DNA from: Oscillospiraceae bacterium
GTDB lineage: Bacteria; Bacillota; Clostridia; Oscillospirales; CAG-382
NCBI GenBank assembly: GCA_015064485.1
Contig: SVSD01000001.1
Coordinates: forward strand, 88,989-152,988
DNA length: 64,000 nucleotides
Reading direction: 5' to 3'
The notes under the pieces: model-generated
What the model saw: the letters and a program-made list of their open reading frames with translations, nothing else
What the model was told of the DNA's origin: nothing
Databases searched by the model: none
Part shown: positions 46,965-55,685 of the stretch, piece after piece
How the letters are laid out: each line of letters opens with the position of its first letter
Position numbering within the stretch: position 1 is the stretch's first letter
Translations under genes and position numbers: made by a program

Positions 46965-46993
46965 TTGACAAAACATTCTTTAGGTGGTATAAT
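46965..46993 (+). promoter_or_regulatory. Promoter of tRNA-Pro
   Basis: TTGACA (46965-46970), 17-nt spacer, TATAAT (46988-46993). Confidence 0.65.
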
Positions 46994-47011
46994 AGCTCTT
47001 GTTGATAAGAT

Positions 47012-47087
47012 CTGGGTGTGGCTCAGGTGGTAGAGCGCTACCTTGGGGTGGTAGAGGCCGTGGGTTCAAGTCCCGCCACTCAGACCA
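47012..47087 (+). tRNA. tRNA-Pro (anticodon GGG), CCA encoded
   Basis: ctgggtgtggctcaggtggtagagcgctaccttGGGgtggtagaggccgtgggttcaagtcccgccactcagacca. C1-G72 as in bacterial tRNA-Pro. 76 nt. Confidence 0.88.
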
Positions 47088-47127
47088 AAAAATACCGATA
47101 CCTTTTTGGTGTCGGTGTTTTTTATTT
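47088..47127 (+). terminator. tRNA-Pro terminator (first)
   Basis: 11-bp stem ataccgatacc / ggtgtcggtgt (two G-U pairs) followed by tttttt. Confidence 0.8.
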
Positions 47128-47131
47128 TGTA

Positions 47132-47245
47132 GGGACTTGAACCCTAAGAGGGCTTTTTGCGTAATGAAAACAGCCTAAATGGCTGTTTTTAGCAAAAAGG
47201 TGCGAGGCCTTTAGGCTGAGCAGTGCAGATCGCATTGCGATATGC
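47132..47245 (+). repeat. 114-bp insert between the two tRNA-Pro 3'-end copies (repeat family B)
   Basis: Starts gggacttgaaccc, the reverse complement of the host T arm gggttcaagtccc. Contains aaaacagcc-taaat-ggctgtttt. Homologous to the reverse complement of 27198..27322. Confidence 0.8.
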
Positions 47246-47269
47246 GTCCCGCCACTCAGACCAAAAAAA
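47246..47269 (+). repeat. Second copy of the tRNA-Pro 3' end (gtcccgccactcagaccaaaaaa)
   Basis: Identical 23 nt to 47070..47092. Offset 176 bp. Confidence 0.85.
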
Positions 47270-47305
47270 TCTCTGTACCGTATGGTGCGGAGATTTTTTT
47301 ATTTT
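47263..47305 (+). terminator. Second terminator after the duplicated tRNA-Pro 3' end
   Basis: 11-bp stem atctctgtacc / ggtgcggagat plus ttttttt. Same architecture as 47088..47127 but a different stem sequence. Confidence 0.75.
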
Positions 47306-47343
47306 GAAGGGACTTGAAGCCTTTCACAATTATTGAGAAAATC

Positions 47344-47377
47344 AAAAAGGAACTGTAAAATTATACAGTTCCTTTTT
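47344..47377 (-). terminator. Terminator of the pel-cotH-c-di-GMP operon; diverged GGAGCTGTA-family hairpin
   Basis: ggaactgta / tacagttcc, a compensatory G-C to A-T change relative to the other three copies. A/T runs on both sides. Confidence 0.75.
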
Positions 47378-47395
47378 ATATGCTTCGTATAATAT

Positions 47396-48949
47396 TTATG
47401 CCATCTGAGCCTTCATTTCTTTTTTATGCATATACATGGCGTGGTCTGCCTTTAAGAAAACATCAGTATATACATGGTCTATAGACGAATCGAAAAGCGC
47501 AACGCCTCTTGCTATTGATACATCAACCCTTTTATCGCCAACTTCAATGTAATCAGCAGAAAACGCTGCATCCATTTTTTCGATAAGTGTCCTGTAATTC
47601 TCAAAATCTCTTCCCTTCAAAACAACTGCAAATTCATCTCCGCCTATTCTGAAGATCGCACTTGTTTTAAATGTATCTGTGAGTATTTTTGCCGAGTGTA
47701 TAATAAGCTCATTTCCGACATCATGTCCATAGGTGTCGTTTGTTTTCTTGAGATTATTTATATCAGCCACTATTACACCAAAGGAAGGATTTCCAAGATT
47801 TATTTCCTTATTAAGCTGTTCTATTGCTTCGGTATAAGCTGTGCTGTTTTTTATACCTGTAAGAGAATCTCTGAACGCAAGGGCGTTTATATATTCAGAA
47901 TACTCGCGTATTTTTCCATATGTATCATTAAGCACACGGGAAAGAATACCTACTTCATCTTTCGAATCAATAATAAATTCTACTTCCTGTATTCCGGATG
48001 AAATATTTCCTGCCGCCTTGGTTAGTTCCTTTAGAGGCTTAACAATTCTGCTCGTCACCCAAAATGTATAAATAATCGAAAGAACAAGTACTACTAAAAA
48101 CGCGATTACTATATGGGTAAGCATCGGGCGTATACCGCTTTGGATATCTTTATATCCCGCGCGAAGTTCAAGGTTCATTCCGTTTACAAGAGCCTGTGTT
48201 GCCTTTGTATACTCGCCGTAAATCTCGGTTTTTTTGGATGTATTATAACAGGTTTCCATATCCTCTCCGATAAGAAGGGCACAGCCGTTTTCATAAACGG
48301 AAATGCTGTTTACCCGGTCAAGCAGATAATCAAAGTCCATATTAAATCCCAAAATACCGACAAAATCATCTTTGCTGTATACCGGAAGAACATACGATAC
48401 AACCATTTCCTTTGTAAAACGGCTGGGATGAGGTTCTACCCACGAACCGCCTATCGGACTTTTAGCGTTACTGTACTCTACGAGCTCCTCGTCGGTTATA
48501 AGAGAAAGTTTTGAAAAATCATCTTTGGAAAGTTCATATACGCTGCCGTCTTCCATATATTGACAGTAAAAACCTGATGTTATCCCTGTAAGTTCAGGTG
48601 AAAAGCAAAGATAATAAGAACTTGCTCCGGAAGTGTTATATGCCACTTCATCAAACAGATGACGAATTTTTTCCGTATATTCTGCAAGGTATTCTTGGTC
48701 GGAAAGCGACCCGGAGCTTATAAGCTCATGTGATACGTAATGTTCCATTATAGCTACAGATTTAACAAAATCATTAAGCATATCATCAATTTGTGCCACT
48801 TCTTTTTGTGCCACATTATTTAAAATTCTGTCAGCATCTTTATGCATTATTTCATGTGTTATTGTAACTGAGATTGATGTCACTATCAAAGTGATGACAA
48901 CAAGTGCTGAAATTACAACAAAAAGTATTTTGCCTTGTATGGTTTTCAA
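47396..48949 (-). CDS. Membrane-bound diguanylate cyclase: Cache-like sensor, HAMP, GGDEF
   Basis: N-terminal TM, periplasmic-type sensor, second TM + HAMP (IVKPLKELTKAAGNISSG), intact active site RIGGDEFAV. TTG start overlaps the upstream stop (TTGA). Confidence 0.85.
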   Translation of the reverse strand: MKTIQGKILFVVISALVVITLIVTSISVTITHEIMHKDADRILNNVAQKEVAQIDDMLNDFVKSVAIMEHYVSHELISSGSLSDQEYLAEYTEKIRHLFDEVAYNTSGASSYYLCFSPELTGITSGFYCQYMEDGSVYELSKDDFSKLSLITDEELVEYSNAKSPIGGSWVEPHPSRFTKEMVVSYVLPVYSKDDFVGILGFNMDFDYLLDRVNSISVYENGCALLIGEDMETCYNTSKKTEIYGEYTKATQALVNGMNLELRAGYKDIQSGIRPMLTHIVIAFLVVLVLSIIYTFWVTSRIVKPLKELTKAAGNISSGIQEVEFIIDSKDEVGILSRVLNDTYGKIREYSEYINALAFRDSLTGIKNSTAYTEAIEQLNKEINLGNPSFGVIVADINNLKKTNDTYGHDVGNELIIHSAKILTDTFKTSAIFRIGGDEFAVVLKGRDFENYRTLIEKMDAAFSADYIEVGDKRVDVSIARGVALFDSSIDHVYTDVFLKADHAMYMHKKEMKAQMA

Positions 48950-51075
48950 TTTTTCTTCTCCTTGGTTTTGCTTATTTCCGTGTTTGTTGTTTCCTCAACT
49001 TCTGTGAGTATTCTGTGGTAACCTTCAAGCATAATCTTTTTGCTTTCATCTTGTGTGCGGATACCGCTGCTTCTCACATTCACTATTCCAGCGGTCGGAT
49101 GATTCCAACGATATTCAAGCTGTACCGCCTTTTCGCCTTTTTTCATCACGCCGAATGAATTAACAACATATTTGATATCTTCTTTTAAAATACGGCTATA
49201 CCAGTAATCATAGCAGTCAACTGCAGACAACTTTTCCGAAAGGCCGAGAATATGTTCCATAACGCTGTCTACATAAAGCTCATATCGGTTATTTATTTCA
49301 TCAATACGAATTATCCACAAGCCGATATTATTTTTGTGAAGAATATTTTTCGCATCAAAATGTATTGCTCCGAATTCCTCTTTGAATCGCTGTATCTCTT
49401 CAAGTGCTTTCGTTCTGGCCTTATATTTCTCGCAAGCGGGCAAGATATATTTCTCCTCTATCTCCTGAGCTGTCAGCGGTTTATCGAAAAGATATCCCTG
49501 GAAAATATCTGCCTGTAAAGGTTCAAGTATTGAAAGCTCTCTTGCGGTTTCAACACCTTCGCAACAAGCGTCGATCGAATTTGTCTTTGCAAATTCAATA
49601 ACATTGCTGATAAGGCGGTAATTATAAGTATTCTTTTCTATCTCTGTTACAAAGCTTCGGTCTATTTTTATTTCATTGACATCAAGCTGCTTGAGATATC
49701 CGAGGTTAGAATAGCCTGTTCCGAAATCATCTATTGAAAAACGAACACCGTACGATTTTATATATTTGATGATCTCGTAATAATGCTTGTTTTCATTAAG
49801 CTGTATAGTTTCGGTAAGTTCTACCGTAAGAGCACTTCCGGGCAATTCTGTTTTTTTCAGTGCATTTATGATCTTATCTCCGAGTCTTGAATCATCAAAC
49901 TGAACTGATGAAAAATTGACAGCTACCTGAAGATCGGGGATACTTTTACGCCATTCTTTACACTGCAAAAGCGAATTTTCAAGTACCCACATTCCGACAG
50001 GATCAATAAGCCCCGTTTGCTCAAGAATCGGTATAAATTCGTCGGGAAACACTTTCCCGCGTTTTGGAGAATTATATCGAACAAGTGCCTCTACTCCGTA
50101 AAGTTCATATGTTAAGCTTTTTATCTGCGGCTGATATTGAATTTCAAAGCCTTCAAAGTTGTTCTGTACGCTCTCCTTTAGTTCTTCGAGAAGTGTAAGT
50201 TCGCATATTCTCTGATTTATCTGATCGGAAGAAAAGAATTCAACTTGTGTGCTTGAATTCTGCACAGCATTGTGCATTGTGATATTTACAGAGTCAATTA
50301 CTTGCGATACATCTATGAAAATGCTGTCGTCAATCGGAACTACTCCGGCAAAAACTGTGCATTTTTCGTTCATTCTGCCAGAAATCTCTTCGTACAGTTC
50401 TTGTATTTTTTCCATACCGCAACGGCTGATAATAATCGCAAACTTATTATGCTCAGTATGGTATGATTCCTCAACAAGTTCCAATTCTTCGAAAATGTCA
50501 GCCATTTCACAAAGAAGGCTGTTTCCGAAATCTCTTCCGTGAGTCAAATTGATGTCTGCAAGCGAAGGAACTACAAGCATCATAAGCCATCCCTTACCGT
50601 TGTAAAGTCTGTTTTTTAAATCGGCACGAAGTTTTGTTTTATTCCAAAGCCCTGTGATGGGATTGAACAGATGGCGTAACGCCTCCTCCGACAAACGGCC
50701 TATCATAACATGCGGAGTACCGTTTTCATCATGCAAAAGCTTTCCGCGCGAATTTACCCAGACAGTTTCGCCTTTTTTGTTGAAAAGTCTGAAATTCATA
50801 TCGTGCGAATCCCTTAAACCGCTTTTTATTTCTTCCAGGTCTTTGCAAAGTAATTTGCGGTCGGCAGGATGCACAACAGAAAGAAGCTCTTCGTGTGTAG
50901 TACCGCCGCTTTCCGCACTTTTCAGCTCAAATGTATCGCTGATATGGCCGAAAAACTGAATTCTGTTTTCAGGAAGATCAAACATAAACAAAAAATCGTC
51001 TGTTGTCTGATTGATCGCCGCAAGGTATTTTTTTATTGTCGAATAATCTTTTACTGAGCCTAATAAATTATCCAT
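48946..51075 (-). CDS. c-di-GMP phosphodiesterase: PAS, degenerate GGDEF, EAL, C-terminal PAS-like domain
   Basis: EAL motifs YGVEALVRY, ELTE, DDFGTGYSNL, KIDRSF, EGVE, QGY. GGDEF position reads EHNKF. ATG overlaps the upstream stop (ATGGATAA). Confidence 0.85.
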   Translation of the reverse strand: MDNLLGSVKDYSTIKKYLAAINQTTDDFLFMFDLPENRIQFFGHISDTFELKSAESGGTTHEELLSVVHPADRKLLCKDLEEIKSGLRDSHDMNFRLFNKKGETVWVNSRGKLLHDENGTPHVMIGRLSEEALRHLFNPITGLWNKTKLRADLKNRLYNGKGWLMMLVVPSLADINLTHGRDFGNSLLCEMADIFEELELVEESYHTEHNKFAIIISRCGMEKIQELYEEISGRMNEKCTVFAGVVPIDDSIFIDVSQVIDSVNITMHNAVQNSSTQVEFFSSDQINQRICELTLLEELKESVQNNFEGFEIQYQPQIKSLTYELYGVEALVRYNSPKRGKVFPDEFIPILEQTGLIDPVGMWVLENSLLQCKEWRKSIPDLQVAVNFSSVQFDDSRLGDKIINALKKTELPGSALTVELTETIQLNENKHYYEIIKYIKSYGVRFSIDDFGTGYSNLGYLKQLDVNEIKIDRSFVTEIEKNTYNYRLISNVIEFAKTNSIDACCEGVETARELSILEPLQADIFQGYLFDKPLTAQEIEEKYILPACEKYKARTKALEEIQRFKEEFGAIHFDAKNILHKNNIGLWIIRIDEINNRYELYVDSVMEHILGLSEKLSAVDCYDYWYSRILKEDIKYVVNSFGVMKKGEKAVQLEYRWNHPTAGIVNVRSSGIRTQDESKKIMLEGYHRILTEVEETTNTEISKTKEKKN

Positions 51076-51739
51076 GGTACTCTCCGTTATACTGTATCAT
51101 TGTTGCATCTTCAACACCTTCGATGGCTCTTATTTTTTCCATAAAGAATGTGTCATTGTTTTTGCAAAATACTTCGATTGCCATTTCGGTCTTTTCTTTT
51201 CTCAAAGTTTTGGATTTGATAAAGTATTTGATTTTTCCGAGAGCGCGGAGGATGTCATCTCCTGCGCTGTCCCCTGTGTAGTGAACAACAAGGATATAAA
51301 TCCTTCCCTTTTGCTGTTTGTTGTAAAAAATCATTATCATTGCCGTCATAACAATTGCGGCAACAACTACAAGCATATACATTCCCGCGCCCGATGTAAT
51401 ACCTGTTGTGATCGCCCAGAAAAGATACAAAAGGTCAAGCGGATCTTTTACCGCTGTACGGAAACGGACAATTGAAAGGGCACCGACCATACCGAGCGAT
51501 ATTACGATATTTGTACTGATTGCAAGAGTAACCATAGCTGTAAGCAATGTCATACCCACAAGGGTTATGGCAAAACTTCTTGAATAGATTACACCTGTAT
51601 AAAACTTTCTGTATACAAAGTAGATAACCGCACCCATAATAAGCGCTGTTATAAGGCCGAGCGCTATATTTGTTATGCCGGCACCGTCAAAAGCACCGGA
51701 CTCAAGTATTGATTTTTTTATAAAATCCTGTACACTCAT
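51068..51739 (-). CDS. DUF4956-like membrane protein (N-terminal 4-TM region + C-terminal soluble domain)
   Basis: ..LGMVGALSIVRFRTAVKDPLDLLYLFWAITTG.. GGAGGA RBS 5 nt before the ATG. Confidence 0.65.
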   Translation of the reverse strand: MSVQDFIKKSILESGAFDGAGITNIALGLITALIMGAVIYFVYRKFYTGVIYSRSFAITLVGMTLLTAMVTLAISTNIVISLGMVGALSIVRFRTAVKDPLDLLYLFWAITTGITSGAGMYMLVVVAAIVMTAMIMIFYNKQQKGRIYILVVHYTGDSAGDDILRALGKIKYFIKSKTLRKEKTEMAIEVFCKNNDTFFMEKIRAIEGVEDATMIQYNGEYHG

Positions 51740-51753
51740 AGTCTTCCTCCGAA

Positions 51754-52476
51754 TTAATTTTCATACCAGTATTTGAAGCTGTTCATATATTCTGTTTTTT
51801 CGTAGCAAAGCACATATTTTGATACCGCCGTAAATTCCGATGCTCTGTCGGGAAGAACATCTCTTACAAAACGAGGTAAAAATTCGGTATATTTTACCTC
51901 CATTACACATTTGCCCGGTTCGAGTACGGGTAATGTAGGAAGAGTGTCATCAAAAATATCATAGCTTCCGATGGCTGCTCTTACATCCATATCGAATGTT
52001 ATGCGAACAGTCCCCGCATCGAGTATCCACGGTTCTCTGTCGTAATCGACGATAGTACGGGGCCGCATCATATTACTGACACATTCAACATAAAACTCGC
52101 GGCAAAGCGGGTATTGGCTATGTAAAAGAAAGTCATAATCTCCGTCAAGTATCTTATATACTTCATCTCTTGTGAGTTTTGCCGCTTCTTTGAAGATATA
52201 GCTTCCGAATTTCTTTTTTCGTTCCAGCTTGATACTGCTGTCAGAGCAGTTATAGATACGGATACGATACTTTTTTCGCTCAAGTACGCCCGCATCCTTT
52301 TCATCGTATGCAGTGTTAAAATAGTCGTCAAAATAAAGACTGCGTATCATATATCCGCCCGCTTTTGCATGTTTGTCAAGCTCTAAAAACGGAGGAAGCC
52401 TTTTACAGATAAGCTCTTTCTGAGCCATATCGATAAGATACTTCCATTCGTGTCTGTATCTTTCAGTCTTCGACAT
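51754..52476 (-). CDS. VTC-domain (polyphosphate-polymerase-like, triphosphate-tunnel fold) protein
   Basis: N-terminal RHEWKY (ExExK-type tunnel motif), later IKLERKKK and VMEVKY strands. ATG 52476 with GGAGGA 5 nt upstream, lying inside the last codons of the CotH gene. Confidence 0.7.
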   Translation of the reverse strand: MSKTERYRHEWKYLIDMAQKELICKRLPPFLELDKHAKAGGYMIRSLYFDDYFNTAYDEKDAGVLERKKYRIRIYNCSDSSIKLERKKKFGSYIFKEAAKLTRDEVYKILDGDYDFLLHSQYPLCREFYVECVSNMMRPRTIVDYDREPWILDAGTVRITFDMDVRAAIGSYDIFDDTLPTLPVLEPGKCVMEVKYTEFLPRFVRDVLPDRASEFTAVSKYVLCYEKTEYMNSFKYWYEN

Positions 52477-54232
52477 AAACATCCTCCACAATGTTGCGGT
52501 TTGCGTCTACATAGAAGCATTTTACACCGTATACTTTACCGTTTTCTACTATATAGGAATCGAATGCTGTCTGAGTTTGTCCGCCGGAGTCTTTTGCAGT
52601 TACACGAATGAAATATTGTCCCTGCGGCGGAACATCGAACTGAACGGTAGGTATTTTCAAATCAGTCATTTTTATAATGGGATTGTTAAAAGTATAATCG
52701 GAAGCAAGTTCAAATGTATAGGAGATCATTTCGCTGTCAAAGGTGTAAGAAGCCTCCCACAAAAGATTAGCTTTTCCGTCTTCAACCGTCGGAACACCTA
52801 TATAAAAGGGCATCGGCTTTTCGTAGGACTCTTTATAACTTATGTAATTGCTCTTAATTTCCGGCACAATTGAATTTACAACCGCATCATACTGAACGGG
52901 AGTTATCGGCATATAGCGAGCATCCTTTCCCGAAAAGACAAGCGGCTTTAAAAGCTCGGAATATGTTTTTACATATTCTTCAACTCTTCCGTCCAAAAGC
53001 TTTTCGTAAAGGTCCTCGACCGCCTCGTCAAGCTTTTCACGGTACAATTCGGATTTAAGACAACGCTTAAAAAGGACATTTCCCCAATAGTTACTTACTC
53101 CGTTTTCCCACTCTGTATAATCATTTCTGCCAAGAAGGGCATATTGTCCTCTGTTCAGCATACCGTCAAGGTCCCATGAAAGGATATAAAAGCGGTCGCC
53201 GTTTAATGGGCTGTACATATAAAAGTTTCGGTTCTGGGTATCAACATTTCCAAGTAAAATCTGGAATGCCATCCAGTAAGCTATATTTTCTATATCAAGA
53301 TCCTCTTCGAGTATCGTTTCGATGGGGATAGAATAATCGTTGATTCTGTCAAGCAGGCGAATAAGCTTTGTATGGTCATCATCGCCCTTGATCTCAAGTA
53401 TTTGTTCGAATGCTGTAAGATTGTATCTTTGGTCGTCTTTCAGAACTATAATATCTTCATAACGGTAAAACTCACACAGATTTATTTTGTAAAGATGGCC
53501 TTTTTTATCAAGACCGTGACGCTCGAGCGCAGTTTTATTAAGCTGTTCGACCTGTGTATATATACCGTAATCCTCAAATTTCGCATCATTACCCGAGGTC
53601 AGATCCTTTACATAAAGATGCACAAAAGTGGTACGAAGACTCATAAGCTCGTCAATGCCTGTGAGAAGATCAAATCCTAATTTGTTTCGGAATCTGAGTC
53701 CGTCGCTTTGATGTTTGTTAAGAGCAATTGTCGTCTGACCCCGCCAATCGCCTTTATTGTCTTTAAGCTTAATTTTATAGTTTTTCTGTACATTTCGGCT
53801 GGAGGACTGACCTCTGATTTGCACGGTACAGTTGGGAGCAACATGACCGTAACCCAGTTCCCCGGGTATAAGGCCGTTTTCATCTCCGACTTGTATGAGC
53901 CCGGCTATCTGGTATCGGTCAACACCCATTTCCTCATAATCGTATGCGGAATATGTGTTTATTTCTTCCCATGTGTGGTCGGTGTTCTCAGCGGAATTGC
54001 CGTAGGAAACCGTAAGATACATTGTTACGATCTCGGTATTGTCAAGATTCTCATAAATAAGGTTTTTGTCGCGTATATGTATATCTTCCTCTGTATTTAT
54101 CTCATCTTTTTCGATCACCATACCGAAATCTGTGTCTATCTCACTTTCAAATTTTTCTCCGCAGCCGGAAAGACACATTGCTGAAAAAAGCATCACAAAT
54201 ATACAAATAAAGGATAATTTTTTATTTTTCAT
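52463..54232 (-). CDS. CotH-family kinase-like lipoprotein
   Basis: ATG 54232 gives MKNKKLSFICIFVMLFSAMCLSGC (lipobox). CotH-type blocks ..GLRFRNKLGFDL.., ..NRNFYMYSP.. and ..ILSWDLDG.. C-terminal beta-rich domain. Confidence 0.7.
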   Translation of the reverse strand: MKNKKLSFICIFVMLFSAMCLSGCGEKFESEIDTDFGMVIEKDEINTEEDIHIRDKNLIYENLDNTEIVTMYLTVSYGNSAENTDHTWEEINTYSAYDYEEMGVDRYQIAGLIQVGDENGLIPGELGYGHVAPNCTVQIRGQSSSRNVQKNYKIKLKDNKGDWRGQTTIALNKHQSDGLRFRNKLGFDLLTGIDELMSLRTTFVHLYVKDLTSGNDAKFEDYGIYTQVEQLNKTALERHGLDKKGHLYKINLCEFYRYEDIIVLKDDQRYNLTAFEQILEIKGDDDHTKLIRLLDRINDYSIPIETILEEDLDIENIAYWMAFQILLGNVDTQNRNFYMYSPLNGDRFYILSWDLDGMLNRGQYALLGRNDYTEWENGVSNYWGNVLFKRCLKSELYREKLDEAVEDLYEKLLDGRVEEYVKTYSELLKPLVFSGKDARYMPITPVQYDAVVNSIVPEIKSNYISYKESYEKPMPFYIGVPTVEDGKANLLWEASYTFDSEMISYTFELASDYTFNNPIIKMTDLKIPTVQFDVPPQGQYFIRVTAKDSGGQTQTAFDSYIVENGKVYGVKCFYVDANRNIVEDVYVED

Positions 54233-55685
54233 TATTACTGCCCTCCAGTTTATCTTCGAGAAATTCGCCAAGACGCGAAAACATTCCTGATCTGTCCTCG
54301 CCGACAAGCGGCTGAACAGACAAAATGTAATACGGCAGCCGCTTTGTAAAATAGTCAAGCCGCAAAACTGTACAAACCGCAAAAACAAGCGATGCAAAAA
54401 GGAAGCCGAATCCGTAATATACTTGCGAGAAAAACAGCGATATTATTGTAAAAATCACAGTTGTTGCCGCAAAAGCCGCTGTGGTAACAAGCGTTCCCGT
54501 ATAATCGGTAAAGTAAAGAAGTATCAGCATCAGCATATTTCCGACAGCGTAAATTCCGTATGCAACGCAAAGTGTGCGGAAGTATCCTCGCATAATTTCA
54601 TTGAAGCCCAAAGGAAGCAGATCAAGAAGATATCCGCCGAGCGCAATTACGACGGCTGTGAACAAAAGCTGTTTCAATGCCGTATAAAAAATTTCGGTTT
54701 TAAGAGTTCCGAGCATTTCCTTTTCTGCTTGTTTTATATTGTCAATTGTTCCTTTATCATTATAAAGGCTGTAATGATTTCTGTATTTGGGATAGAAGTT
54801 TACCTCTACAGACACCACAAAATTTACCGTAGTCATAAGGGCTGTCATAAATGCCAGCAGCGCAGGAACATCATGCCAGGGTGCACCGTAAAAAAGTCCG
54901 TGTACCCGTACACCTATATCGGAAAACCACATAATTACGAGATGGGAAAACATACCGATATTCATAAAAAGTCCCGAAAGCGCAAGGGGTAAAAACGAAT
55001 CTATCCATTTTAAAAATGTAAATGCTCCCAAGGTTGTATGAGGAAAATATCTGTGTAAAAGGATAACATTCCAAACAAGCATTACTCCATATCCGAGAGT
55101 AACTGCAAAAAGCAGGGATTCAATTGCGGGAAGACAAAGCCACAAAAGCCATCCGCCGACAATAAGACTTACAGCAACAGATGTCAGAAATGAAAGAAAT
55201 ATTCCCTTATAGTCCTTTATCGCCGAAAGAAAACTCATCGCATTCCAGACAATAATAAGTTCGCCGAAAAGTATGAAGCAAAGTATCCCTTGCAAAGCCG
55301 TAGCTCCCGAAAAAATCAGAAAAATTCCGTAAAGGATACATCCGATAGACAGCATTATAACCGTCGAACCCCAGAACGAGGGAAGCACCGCTTCTTTCTT
55401 CTCTTCAAAAAGCATATCCGCCACATATCTTGTTACGACCATAGAAAAGAAGGATGTAACCGTAACCGAAGCAAGGAGAGTATATGTTATCATACATATA
55501 AGAAGCTCCCTTTGGTAAAGCGCAGTATTAAAAAATATGCAAAGCATCGTAATTCCGATAAGAAGAAGCACACCGAGAAGCATCGGGCCTGTACATATTA
55601 CCGCCGCATATCCGTATGCCTTACAAGAATTCAGCACACCTTTTTTGGCAAATAGTTTTTTTAGTTCAAAACCGATCCCGGCCAT
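54222..55685 (-). CDS. pelG: PelG-like polysaccharide export/biosynthesis membrane protein
   Basis: MAGIGFELKKLFAKKG.. N-terminus and ~12 TM segments. Position after pelF. Confidence 0.7.
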   Translation of the reverse strand: MAGIGFELKKLFAKKGVLNSCKAYGYAAVICTGPMLLGVLLLIGITMLCIFFNTALYQRELLICMITYTLLASVTVTSFFSMVVTRYVADMLFEEKKEAVLPSFWGSTVIMLSIGCILYGIFLIFSGATALQGILCFILFGELIIVWNAMSFLSAIKDYKGIFLSFLTSVAVSLIVGGWLLWLCLPAIESLLFAVTLGYGVMLVWNVILLHRYFPHTTLGAFTFLKWIDSFLPLALSGLFMNIGMFSHLVIMWFSDIGVRVHGLFYGAPWHDVPALLAFMTALMTTVNFVVSVEVNFYPKYRNHYSLYNDKGTIDNIKQAEKEMLGTLKTEIFYTALKQLLFTAVVIALGGYLLDLLPLGFNEIMRGYFRTLCVAYGIYAVGNMLMLILLYFTDYTGTLVTTAAFAATTVIFTIISLFFSQVYYGFGFLFASLVFAVCTVLRLDYFTKRLPYYILSVQPLVGEDRSGMFSRLGEFLEDKLEGSNNEK

